Part shown: piece after piece, positions 25,402 to 37,311 of the stretch
Layout of the letters: every line of letters starts with the position of its first letter
How positions within the stretch are numbered: the stretch's first letter is position 1
Assembly (NCBI GenBank): GCA_051294375.1
Contig: CM119265.1
Coordinates: forward strand, 16,312,005-16,376,004
From: Paraspadella gotoi
Lineage: Eukaryota > Animalia > Chaetognatha
Length of the DNA: 64,000 bases
Direction of reading: 5' to 3'
Translations under genes and position numbers: made by a program
Notes under the pieces: model-generated
What the model was told of the DNA's origin: nothing
Seen by the model: only the letters and a program-made list of their open reading frames with translations
Databases searched by the model: none

Positions 25402-28400
25402 CTCTCTCTCTCTGCTCTCTCTCTCTCTCTTTTTGTTATTTTTCCCCTTCACTCGGTTTTTGGTTTCCGTCCCAATCACATTTCCATTCACTTCAGCCTC
25501 GAGTCTTCGGCGTTGATTCAATTTTTGATTAAGACGCCTAATCAGTTTTCACTTTCCACGCCATCTCTCGCTGGAAAAACAAACAGAATCTCCTTGTTAT
25601 TTGGTTCTGGGGTCGGTGACAATATTTGAAAACGGGGTTGTCGGTGTTGCACAACTGTAAGCACACTGTACTAAAACGATTATCATCTGATAGAGATTAT
25701 AATTAGCGAAACCGAGTTAATATATGAAAGTTTACAATGAAACCTCAGAAGTCGTTAAATGATGTTCTATTACATTGTATATAAGTAAATGTAAAACGAA
25801 CCGAAAAAAATAGTTTAATTTTTACTAATTGATATACATTAATTTTGAAAAAAGCTACATACACTAGCGACAATATTGCTTAAACTTTTACCACCAACCA
25901 CCAATCACCAACCACCAAACTACCCCTCCCTCCCGATCTTTGGTCAGGTCACGCGATTCCTTTTCCGGCCACTCCTCTTCCGACTCAGCCATCGCCGCGG
26001 ATCACCCTGGATCCGCCGACCCCTTGACCTCCCACCCCGCCGCGGAAAGAGGAGTAGGAGCGGAAAGAGGAGCCGGTGAAGAGGAGCTCCTTAATCAGAC
26101 GGAGATGAAGGCGCGAATGCGAAGACTCGAAAAGGAGCTCATGTAAGATGGCGCGCGGTGGCTGTTTTCAATTTGGTTCGATGCTTGTGCTTATGCCCGA
26201 ACAATTCAAAAAATGGGTGTATATTTTTTGGGGGCGGACATTTTTCCGTCTCCTGTTCTTTTGTTTACTTTTTCTCGCGTCGCGCGCTAAAGAGGAAACC
26301 GTCAGGTTCGCGTTACGACAACAACGGAATATTCGTTTACTTTTTTTTATCTTTCGTCGATTCCCTGCCATTACCTTTTTTTTTTACGGCATCTACAGCC
26401 TTTCTTTATTTCTTTCATCTCTCCTCCTCTCCTTTCGCGACGCAACTGCGTCACGGACGAGTCGCGTCGTGACGACGATTGACGACGACGAAGACGACGA
26501 TGACGACGACGAAGACGACGCGCGCGATGTTCGACACACAAAAAAAAAACTTTCAGTCATAAATGTTGAGTGGACATGATATATGCTACTAATATCCTTT
26601 ATTTTTTCCGCCTCGTTTCGTTGGACGACTCATTTTTTTCCCTTCGTCCTTCTTTTAATGACGTACCTTTTACATTGATAACCCTATATTAATATCAATT
26701 TTATAAATGATTCTCATTTTTAAACGTTACGTTTCCTAGCAACGCCAAAACCGACTTGGCGGCGGCGTTGAATCGCGAGTCTTGCTACAAAGCGATTCTC
26801 CATCGTCGGGAATCGACCATCATGGATTTGGATCACAAATTGGAACGGGTCGGCAGCGTCGGCGCGATCGGCCCGGACGGCGTCGAGACGCCCGGCGTCG
26901 GCGACGGCGGCGTCGTGGAACATGGGCCGACCTTTTCCCGGCAAAATTCTCAGGTTGGGAAAAAAAAATGACAAATTTGAAAATAATTATTCAAAAAAAA
27001 AAGATACATCTAGATTTACAATACAAGTTCTGTCTGTTTTACTGTCTCTCTATGTCTATCTCTCTCTTTCTCTCCGTCTTCTGTCGTTCTATCTATCTTT
27101 ATCAATCCGCCATATGGTCTCCCTTTTTTTTTTTAAATTTGCCATCGCGTTAATTCATTTTATTTTTTTTTCATATTTTGAATTTTATCCCGCGGGAAAA
27201 TTAAATTTTCTCGACGCCGAAGCGAATCAGATTGAGTTTTTTTTTACGAAGCTTGACGGCGGATGGCGTCGACGCTCGCTGACTCCCGAGAAAATATAGA
27301 AAAATAAAGATTTGAATTAATCATTAGTAATCGGAACCCCTCTTATCTCCGCTTTGTCCGTTTGATTTTTTAAAAAAACTCTTTGAGTTTATATTTCGTC
27401 CAAGTTTATTTGTTTGTTTTTTTTTTCTTTTCTCAGGGATTCAGCGCGAGATCTCCGGAAGAGGAGGAGGTGGAAAGAGGAGGAGGAGGAGGAGGAGGAA
27501 GAAGTAACAGAATGAGTGTCACGTCGTCGTTTTTCTCAGAACTCACTGGAGCTAAATCAACAAAAAGGCTGCAAGTGAGAGACTATTTCCTTGTTTTATT
27601 TATCTCATCATTTTCTTTCGATGCCGCCGGCGTCTCTTTTATCTCTTGTTTTCGCGCATTTTAAGAGTCGGTTCTGTTCAACGTCTAGTTTCGGCTCGAA
27701 CGAACACGTAAATGGGGATAGACATAAAAGTAATTTTTTTGTTTCAACGTTCTCGATTATAAATAAATAATTTAATAAATCCGTGAGTCAAAAAAACATT
27801 TGACCGACGCAGTCGTTTTCCCGCTCCTCAACTACTGAATAATTCTTTCCGCCCGCAATAAAAAATGAAAGTTCTGTCCGATAAATAAAAACATATTTTT
27901 TCTGTTTTGACAAAACAAAAGGAAACGCTGCGCGTCCTTCAAAATCAAAACAAATTCCTCAACGAAGAAGTTATGAAGTTGGCGCAGCTACGCCAACATG
28001 ACTCAGTCAAAATCCAGGTAACCTTGCTGGTCTGGCCGAATGTCAGCGACCGCTTTTATGTTTAGTAACTCGTTTATTACTAAAGATTTATGTACATATG
28101 TAAAGATTTGTGTCAATGTTTTCCACGTGCGACAAAATCATTATGAGATTTAAATAATTTCTCATTTTCGAGGCCAAAGAGAGGGACGTCCCTCAAAGTA
28201 CATATCGTACCGCAATCCCCGACCATTCCTCCAGGAGAGCCAGCGGCGCCTCCAATCCCAAGAAGCCCTCCATCGATGCCTTCAAACGAGACTACGTTCT
28301 TCTCCTTCAAGGTTGGTCTTCAAAGATATTCAAAAGATTCAAAGATTATTATCATGATATTCTGAATCATTATGTATAAATCATTCTAAAATTTTGGGCC

Positions 28401-31400
28401 ACACGTGTTTGTATTTGTATTTGTTGGCTTTGAGTCTCTACGCCCACTTTCCTTAAAACAGGGCAGCGTTCATCAGTTCCAACGATCTTAAGGAGATGGA
28501 GATTCACATTTGGGGCGGATCCAACCGCGTGAGCGAATCACCGAACTCCTGGAGAGGCGAGGGCGATCAACCCAGCTCTTCCCACCTTCGAGAGGTGAGA
28601 TGAGAGGGTTCTGGGGTTCAGCTGGGGCAGATTAGTGGGGTGAGGGTGCCGTGTAGGGAGATAGGGGGGTGCAAAAAAAAACTTGCATCTGAAAGTTATG
28701 ACTTGTGAGATTTGAGTACGAGACGTTTGGGACTGGAAACGAGAACCAAATTTTCGCCCAGACTTCGCTCAGAATCGTTTAGAAAGCAGCGAGTTTACTT
28801 ACTTTATATTTAATTTTCCATTCTTACAAACTAAATTAAAATCCTTGAAATCTCTATTCTCCGTAATATATTATTTTCTTGCCCCTGCGAGTAATTNNNN
28901 NNNNNNNNNNNNTCCCATTAAAATTTGAATTTGGTCGGCTACCGCTACTAATGACTTCCCTCTATGAAATTGGTACAACCAATATAAAAATTATCCATTC
29001 ATTTAATAAATAAGCTATCTTGTTAGCAAAGCGAGAACGTCCTAAAAAGTAACCGCGCCGGCGCCAGTGGCAGGCGGCGGGATAAGGGGGTCGGAATCCC
29101 TTCCTTTTTTAATTCGTGAGTAAAAATTCATAAAAACGGCCTTAATTTTGGCGTGGGCGTGGCGAGGCGGAAATCGTGGGCGTAAAAAAACCCGCGTCTC
29201 CGACGACCCGTGAGAAAGGCGATAATTTTCAGAGTGGAGCCAATAAAAAGTTTATGACGCGTAGGCGTATCAAGTCTCTTCTTAAGTGAGTCGGTGTAAA
29301 ATGGCGTTGGGTTGAAAGGAAAAAATACGAGTCGAACGACGATACCTATCTTTTATCTCGTCCTTTGTTGCCCTCTTTTCTTTTCTTTTCTCTATTCGTT
29401 ACCTTGCTCTTTTCCTGTTCTCCTCTTCCCAATCTACCCCCTCCCTTTTTTTTTTCCTTCGTCCCCTTTCCTTTTAGTCGACCTTTCCTTTCCTCGTATT
29501 TTTGGCGTTAATGTCTTTCCATCAACGTCATCGTTTCTTCGCTCAACTTCTCATTAGGGAAAACGTTGAAAGCTTCGGCGTTTAATATAGAAGTGACGAC
29601 GCCGAACGTTAATACGGCGGATACTTACGAAGTTCAAAGTCTCATTCTTAATTAGTTTTCTTCTCCATCCGTCTCAAATCAGATGTTGTTAAACTAACCT
29701 TCTTACCGTGCTCTTGTTATTGCTTTACTTATCATTGTCGTCGACTAACTAAATCGCTCACCCCCTATCCCTTGCCTTTCTTCCCCACCCCTCGACCAGC
29801 CTTTCCAAAGAGGAGAGCCACGTGGACGCCTACGGATTCCGCCACTCCCACGCGGACGAGGGGATGATCCTCCACTACATCTGCCGGCAGCTTTGGGAAC
29901 ACTACGTCCTCCAGCTCAGATCTCACGAGTCGTGGCAGTTGCAATGGAGGGAGTACCTCGGGACGCATCCGGATGATCTAGTCAAGACGGTGGGCGATGG
30001 GGATCGATCGAACGTCGTTGTTTTTATTGTTGTCGTCTTCTTCTTCTTTGTTGTCCTTGTTCATAAGAGAGCGAGACTATCTGAGATTCATGAGATTGAG
30101 AAGCAGGTCTGAGAATCAAGCAGCGAAAGTGGGTTACAATTCAGATGAAAAGGATTTTATGCGGTCAGGCTCAACAACATGAGAGGATGTGGGAAAGTTC
30201 ACTGTTCATACTTCACTGTATTGCGTGTCCGCGCTTTAAAGTGCAAGATAAAGACACTGCCTTTATTAAAGACTTAATTGACGCGACAAAGAAACACCTT
30301 CCTAATTAGTTTTTCTTTGTTTATCGCTTTGTTTTTAACTGCAACTGAGTTCTATTTTCGTCGATCCTCGCATTTCATTTGCGTTCATTCGTCGTCTTTT
30401 TCTTTTTTCTTTCTTTCTCCGCGAATGAGATTCGATTTCTTTTCTATCGGCGGACAGCTGATCTCCTTTCTCCCCCTGAGTTGCGCTCGGTTATTTTCTC
30501 GGCCAACAGGGGGCTTGTTTTATTGGACGGGATGACCATTGACCATTGACATTGACATTGACAATGACCACATCAACGACGCGAAAACAATGACGTTCTA
30601 TTTCTTTATTCCCTCGTCTACTCTGTCGAGTAGGTGCGTTTGAATTTATATTATTATTCATTATTTATAGCTTGGTCCGCCCGCATTTGAGCCTGAGTAA
30701 GACGGAAAAAAATATTTATGGCAATATTTCTTTATTAACAGAAAGAGCTGAAGGCGCTGACCCGCGCCGGAATTCCGCCTTACTTTCGCGCTGAGGTCTG
30801 GCGCCGCCTCGTCGCTGTTCAAGTCAAAGACATCAAAACTCAAAAAGGACAACACTACTTCACTAATTTGGTGACCATCGCTCACGAATCTCCGGTGTGT
30901 TCTACGGATATCAAACGCGAAATATCAAAACCACATTGCTTTCGTATCTCTTTCTCTATATCTCTTTCTCTCTCTTTCTCTCTCTCACTCACGTATTTCT
31001 TTTCCCTCTCATATTCTCTCTCACCCTCCAGCATTCCAATAAATATCGGAAACAAATATCCATGGATCTTCTTCGCACCATGCCAAACAACGTTCACTTT
31101 TGCAAGCAGGAATCAGACGGAGTAAGTGATCGTAAGGAGACGAACGACAACATTTTTCGATGTTATTATTAGTTTTTCTGTTTTTTTTTGGGGGGGGGGT
31201 TTGTTTTGTGTTTTTTATCAGAAATTTTCTTCCTCTGTTTTACAAATATTTTACAGGTGGCCAAACTGGAAAAGGTGTTGATGGCGTTTTGCGTGCACAA
31301 TCCCACTTTGGGCTACTGTCAGGTGAGTGACGTGGCTTCGTCTCTTTGCCAAGTTTTTAAAAACCACCGCATTAGCGGTTCACCTGCCCTTTCCTGTCGT

Positions 31401-33654
31401 GATTTGTTTTTTTAAACCGCGACGGGGGAAAAAAATAGATTTGGGACGTCTGTCGTTTCTCGAACAAAGAAGAGGGTAAAATCCTTTTGTGTTCTCTCGT
31501 CGGCGTTTTTTCTTTCTTTTTTTTTCTTTTTCTTTTCTTTTTCTTTTTATTCGAAGAGCCTCTTTCTCCGATGGCCTCCATCTGGCGTCGTTCAATTAGT
31601 AAAACTCTCCACTCAAGCTCCACCTCTTCTCCCCCACCTTCCTTTCCCTCCTTCCATTCCCTCCTCCATTTGTTTTTTATATCTTTCTAGTTCCTCCGTT
31701 TTTTTTCTCTTTATCCCCACCTCTGAATATCCTTACTTATTTCTCGTTCCACGACTCCATCTTTCTTTTCATTTACTCTCTCGAATCGAATTAGCGAACG
31801 GCGAATGTATATTTAACCGGATGTAATATAAATTAAACCAATTCGCCTTTATTACATTGACTTAATAAATAGTAGCGAGAGTAACGTTTGTTAAAGCGTA
31901 ATCAAGTTTTGGATTTACCTCCAGATTTCTTTTATTATATTTATAATAGTGTGAGATCCTGCTTCCCTCGTCTCATTTAATGTGCAATTCCTCCTTTTCA
32001 CTCACGAATTCATTCAGCACAAATACGCAGGAAATCGGTGGCCCTACCTGTTTTAAATTTGTAGTGGATCACGCTCCCTTGGCTTGTGGGCGTAATTTAG
32101 ATCTTTTCTCTCGTCAAACACGGAGAAAATTTCAGAGCGAAAACCACTAAGATATAAAACACAATTATTGATTTCCATTTCGTAGCATAATCGAATATTT
32201 GAATCCATTTTTGTTCCTTCTCAGGGTATGAACTTCATCGCCGGAATGATGCTTCTCTTTCTAGAACCGGAGGACAGTTTTTGGGGACTCGTCGCCGTCA
32301 CAGAGAAATACTTTTCCACCAACTACTTTGACCAAAATCTCATCGGGGCGCAGGTCGGTTTGAGGTGGGGATGGATGGATGACTTGGAGGAAATCGAAGA
32401 TCGGTTTTTCCGAGGTCAAGGGTTATAAGTTTCATTAAATGTATAGATTAATTTTGGCACGTGGGTCTGACCTAAGTGAGTATGGCGAGAAAGGGGAGAA
32501 AACTGTTCCATTTCTGTAGAGTAATAGCGAATCTTAAAACGCGAGAATCTTAATACGAGGCGAGTAAGAATCCAGGTTAATCGTCAATCGCCGAGTGACT
32601 TTCCCCGGGCCGAAATTAGCCAGAGTGAGGAGTAAAGTGGGTCAGTCTACTCCTGAGACGAAGGTTAAAAGGTGAGTTCGCGGCTGAGAAATTATCGATG
32701 ACGTGACAAAGAAACTGTCGACGTCAACTTCACGAATCTTACAAACCATTTTTTTTTTCCCCCAACGCCACAAATTTTTATGTCAGCGTGAAAATTTTAA
32801 AGCGACCCTCTGGGCTTTCTCAGATTTAGTTCCCCTCACCATCTTTACAAACCTTTTTTTTTTATCTTTTCCCCCTCACTTTCTCTAATTCCCAGTACCC
32901 TTCCCCTCGCCCACCCCCCCGCCTCCCCTTCGATTCTAATTCCAACTTTATCTCTTCTTTTTTACTCCGCTCATTTTTTAATAACAAAAAAAAACGAGAC
33001 GTTAACGACAGTCACTATTCCCGACTCAATCCCAAGAAAAGAAAAGGAAAAAAAAGGAGAAGAAAGAAAGAGTTTGGGAAAAGAAAAATGAGATGAAAAA
33101 AAAAAGGAGAGAGCAATAAAGTTTGAGCGACATTCATATTCAGAGTTGCGGACTTTTTTTAATTAATTCTTTGAAACCGGCGAACCGAGTTGGAAGTAGG
33201 GTGGGAAAAAAAAGGCGGAAGTCTAACGGGGGGGCATCTTATATTATTATTTATTGTTGACGCGTTATGGTTAGTGGAATGTACGTGTAGGATTAGATTT
33301 TTATCGCGTACAAGGTTTTAGCTTAGCATCCCAACGTCCGGAACTATTAAAAAAATGTTAGAATTGCTTGGAGTATCCAGGCTGAAAAAAAAAAAAGAAA
33401 CTCTCTTTCAATTTCTTTCTTCGCATAAAAAAATGTCTTTCTCTTTTGCTTCTCTCACGTCCATTCCACGAACCGCGTTTCTCCCACGCTCTCCCCTACA
33501 TTTCCGCCCACAGGCGGATCAAGAAGTTTTGAAAGAGTTGATGCGGGAGAAGTTGCCGGAACTCTCGTCTCATTTGGTTGATATCGAATCGAGATCTCGA
33601 CCATCACACTCATCTGGTTCTTGGCCATCTTCTTCGATAGGCGTCCCGCTAGAG
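18654..33654 (+). CDS. TBC1D2/TBC1D2B-like RabGAP (PH + coiled coil + TBC), 3'-incomplete. Exons 18654-18705 (or -18732), 19323-19500, 20193-20265, 20510-20937, 21735-21888, 24289-24376, 24636-25122, 25948-26142, 26740-26953, 27437-27574, 27922-28017, ~28172-28310 and ~28462-28593 (error-prone), 29800-29989, 30742-30894, 31032-31121, 31257-31322, 32225-32353, 33514-33654
   Basis: PH domain: LQGYL...CWYAFEESTCQL...FTAENHESTMAWVIGLQ. Coiled coil: QNKFLNEE, DYVLLLQ, then DAYGF. TBC domain: ELKALTRAGIP...EVW, ISMDLLRT (R finger), GYCQGMNF (Q finger), FWGL, DQEVLKELMREKLPEL. Phases are consistent except near the 28.9-kb gap. The final R.WD.F..EG exon(s) were not found. Confidence 0.9.
18955..18994 (+). 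repeat. Short dispersed repeat (~40 bp), second copy at 33223-33261
   Basis: ctaacg(g)ncatcttatattattatttattgttgac occurs at both sites, both in RabGAP introns. Confidence 0.85.
19531..19676 (+). mobile_element. HINE/Helentron-like element, partial copy
   Basis: ttgttgcgcggagcaactctacaagtcatttttcgg, a (GTCT/GTCG)n tract, then ttgttaag...tctcaaatc. Same family as 3658 and 57815. Confidence 0.7.
22357..23762 (-). CDS. Fukutin/LicD-family (nucleotidyltransferase-fold) type II membrane protein, nested antisense in RabGAP intron 5. Exons ~23762-22688 and 22578-22357; start exon unresolved (candidate ATG near 23952)
   Basis: The frame is open upstream of the tracked ORF and includes the signal anchor IGAAVFLILLITLVTY. 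VLNGAQLLGWWRRC resembles fukutin WLSSGTCLGWYRQC, and ICSAVLHGHLVYVPC...ILLMEFGNNY resembles LCWTEFVDMKVHVPC...YIEANYGKTW. Phase-0 GT-AG intron at 22687-22579. Confidence 0.8.
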
Positions 33655-34143
33655 GTCAGTCGATCAGTTTTTTTTATTCAAAATCGGTCTCTTCCTGACG
33701 TAAGTTTACTTAATTTTAACGCAACGTACGTAGAACATAGAAGTTTGAAATTAATTATAGTTTTACGCCGATGAGCGATTTTTTTTTTGTGGGGGGGGGC
33801 GACATTTTTACTGTAAGTCTTCATCGAGTTCCTTTATTCTCGTTTTCTTGCTAATTCCGTAATCGTGGCTAAGCAGGTCTTAACTCTCTGTACTTCCTGA
33901 TAATTGCGATACTTTAAATACAATTCAATACAATTCAAGAATAAGTGTTTTGCTCCCTTTGACTATGCCTTCGCCCTTCTCAGTATATGAACAATTCCAA
34001 TGAGAGGCGACTTTTTTTTTCATATAAAATTAAATTTATTGTACAAAAAGAATATTTTGCGGAATAAAATATCAACAACAAATGACCGGATGTCAAGGGC
34101 GACGACACGGAGGAAGATATTCTTTAAAATAGTCAAGGACGGT

Positions 34144-35729
34144 TTACATCCGGGGTTCGTCGTAGATCGCGTTGCGAACGAGTTTCATCCGGGTCTCTCG
34201 CAAACTAATCCAATCGTTTCGTTGGAGGTTGAACCAAATGACGCCGATGCCGAACCGGCCGTTGAGATTGGCGTTGTGACAGTGTTTGTACCACCAGCCT
34301 GAATATCATTGGTACAACGATGAAAAAATAAAATTGGACTATGATTTGGTTTTGTAAAAAAAATTGATGGAATATTTTTCATTGTTTATGTTTAACCATT
34401 AAAAAAAAACACGCAATGGAATAAAAATCGGTAAATAAAAGACTATAAACCAAACCTAAAATAGAAAAAGCTATTGCAAAAACGAGTAGAGTTGAGTAAT
34501 TTATAAAAAAAGGAAGAACTATGTATCACCGAACCCTTTCAAATTTTATAATATTTTATTACTTAAACCCATAAGTCATAAAATAGATTTCGGTTTTTGC
34601 AAAAAAGGAAATTCGCTCGACTCAATTCAAAATTGCTTCCGCTTCGCTTGCTCTGAATATGAAAAGGCGAAGTCGCAAACATGTTCGAATTTTTTCTCAA
34701 AAAGTTCGTTTTGAAAAAAATAATTCTTTACTATATGACTTAAAATAAAACATTGAAAAAGTGCTCCTTATAGACATTGGTCAGCGGTCAGTGAACTCAA
34801 GGGGTCGTTTTTAATCAGCGAAAAGAAAAACGTCGTCGTTGTCAGTGTGACGCCCAAAACAAAAGTCTGACGAGATTCCCGATGATTGGACGTCGGTCAA
34901 CGTTGATGAGCGAACGACGCGTCGGCGCCACGCAACGTCGATCACCGCGACCCCATGCAAGGACGCCATCCGCGCCTGATTGACGATCGCAATGGCAACT
35001 CGCAATTGCGTTTGTAGATTGAGGCGCGTCGCGGGGATAAAAGCGAGGAGACCATCTGAGGGAGATATCTTTGCGGTCTCGCGAGTTACTGCGGACCACC
35101 TTGCAGGGATGCTCATTCTGACTTATTCCTCGTATGACAATTTCCGATTTATGTTGAATAGGAGTTTATACAAAATAACAAACATTGCTTAAATAACATT
35201 TTCTCTACCTGCTGAGTAAAATTTTGCGCAAGGCGTGGTGCTAAAGTCGTTGTCCCGATCAAAAGTGGAGAAGGGAAGATCGTCGTGATGAGACATGGCG
35301 TCCGTCGCGTTGCCATGGTAACTGTGTGAAGAAAAGGACGCGGAGAGCGTTTTTAAATGTAAAGGCCGTAACAACAACCATGACAAATGCAAATTAACAA
35401 TTTAATAGTAAGAAAATTCTGGAATATGGATTGACTCAAGGATGTAGGATCGATAAAAAAAATTGGATAAAGTGACAAAATATATTTCTAAAGAACCTAG
35501 AAAACTACGCACAAAAATGATAACTGTATCAAAAACAAAATGACAAGACTTAAAAAAAAAAGTAACGGGAAACTGTCAAGATTTTTGTTAGACCTCTTGA
35601 GAGAGAGAAAGAAAAAAGTGGCTGAGAGGCAGAGAAATAGAAAAGTTGGAAGGAAAAAGCAAAAAAGAAGAAATGGAATTATGATTAAAAAAAACTCCCA
35701 CGCCGAGCTGGAGGTTATGAGAGAGTGGG

Positions 35730-35818
<89 letters not shown>

Positions 35819-37279
35819 GGTAAGACAAAATAGAGCGCTATTATATGGAAATAAATTACATTAGAAGAGACGTTGAACGTCGAGAAAAGCGAGCGAAGGG
35901 AAAAAAAAACATCGTCTCGTATTCTCTTGACTCCTTTTGCTTTACTTCGATCTCGCTTCCCTTTTGTTTCCTTCCACCCCCCAAACTATTTTTAATTATC
36001 AATTTAGGCAGTTATTTACTGGCGCCACGCCTCGGATGAAAGAAATGAAGCGCGTTTTACTGAGGAATATTTGCCTTTTATATCGCGTCTTTATATTCAC
36101 GACATCTTTGCCCAAACTTCTTACCCGGATATCCTGAGTTTGTAATTCTCGTCTTCGCTTTTGACTTGGAATCGATCGTAGACCGCAACGTAAACCTCGC
36201 CCTCCTTTGACGTCATCTCGATAATCAGACTGTAGTTGCCTGAAGAGTATATATTTGGAATGAAACATAAACTGGAGTATAAAAGTTAACAAGCTCCCAC
36301 TGATACTTATAAAGCGGTTATTATGATTTTGAAACCGCATATTAAAGTTCGCAAGACGTCTATTTGAAGTTTTGAACCATTATTAACCATGGAAATAGTA
36401 ATCATTAATCAAGTAATAACTTTGATCTCTTTGTCACATTTTGCTATTTCTTCTGAAATTGATTTGGATTGATGTTTTGTTCGTTAATGTATATATATAG
36501 TATACGCTTTGATTTGATCTCTCTTAAACTCGATTCTCACTAATTGTGATAAACCTTGTTCGGTGAGGAGGTGCAGATTTTCGTTTCCCACCCAGAATTC
36601 TTGATTGACGTTTCCGAATCCCGTTTTATATTCGTTCCAAGATCGATCGAAACTTTCTCGCCCGTCGAACCTGAGCGATCGATTTTTGACGATTAAGAGG
36701 CTGAGATCGGACACGCTTAAATTTAGCCACGTTAAGTTTGAACTCCCGTTGGAACGGACTGACGCGTAGTTTTACGGGTAAAATCGCGGAATGGATTTTT
36801 TTTCGATGGAATATAAATTACTTTCCTCTCAAATTGCGAGACGAAGGACGAAACGAGTCGAGGAATTTTAATGGGTTTTTCAACTAGAGTTATTCTCCTC
36901 TCCCTTTAACTCGGGTTCTAGATCCGGTTGTATATTATGCGGCGAATGTATAGGTTATATATATTTTTTTTTTAAGTAAACTTATTAAAAGGCGAGGATA
37001 TATAAAGCCGGATATGGTTTCCAAAAGCTTATGAGCTTATAAAAAATATATTATTCTCTATAACGACGCTCGAGTAGGAAGAACAAAATAAACTTCCTTT
37101 AAATCACCTCCCGTGACAATTCCGTCTGAATTATCAAAGGTCTCGCCGCTAACGTTTCCCTATCTTATCTTTCCATTAACTTAGGATAAAGTCTTTCTTT
37201 TCCTCAACATATTGAAGACCCTTTGCCACATCCCCACAAATCGCCTCTTTTTTTCATCGTTTAACCCCATCATTTCAAA

Positions 37280-37311
<32 letters not shown>

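Noticed and set aside
34820-34880. Hammerhead ribozyme (CTGACGA with an upstream GAAA), or RNase P/MRP for the 34.9-kb island
   Set aside because: Stems II and III cannot be formed in the required register, and the CR-I/CR-V P4 consensus is not matched.
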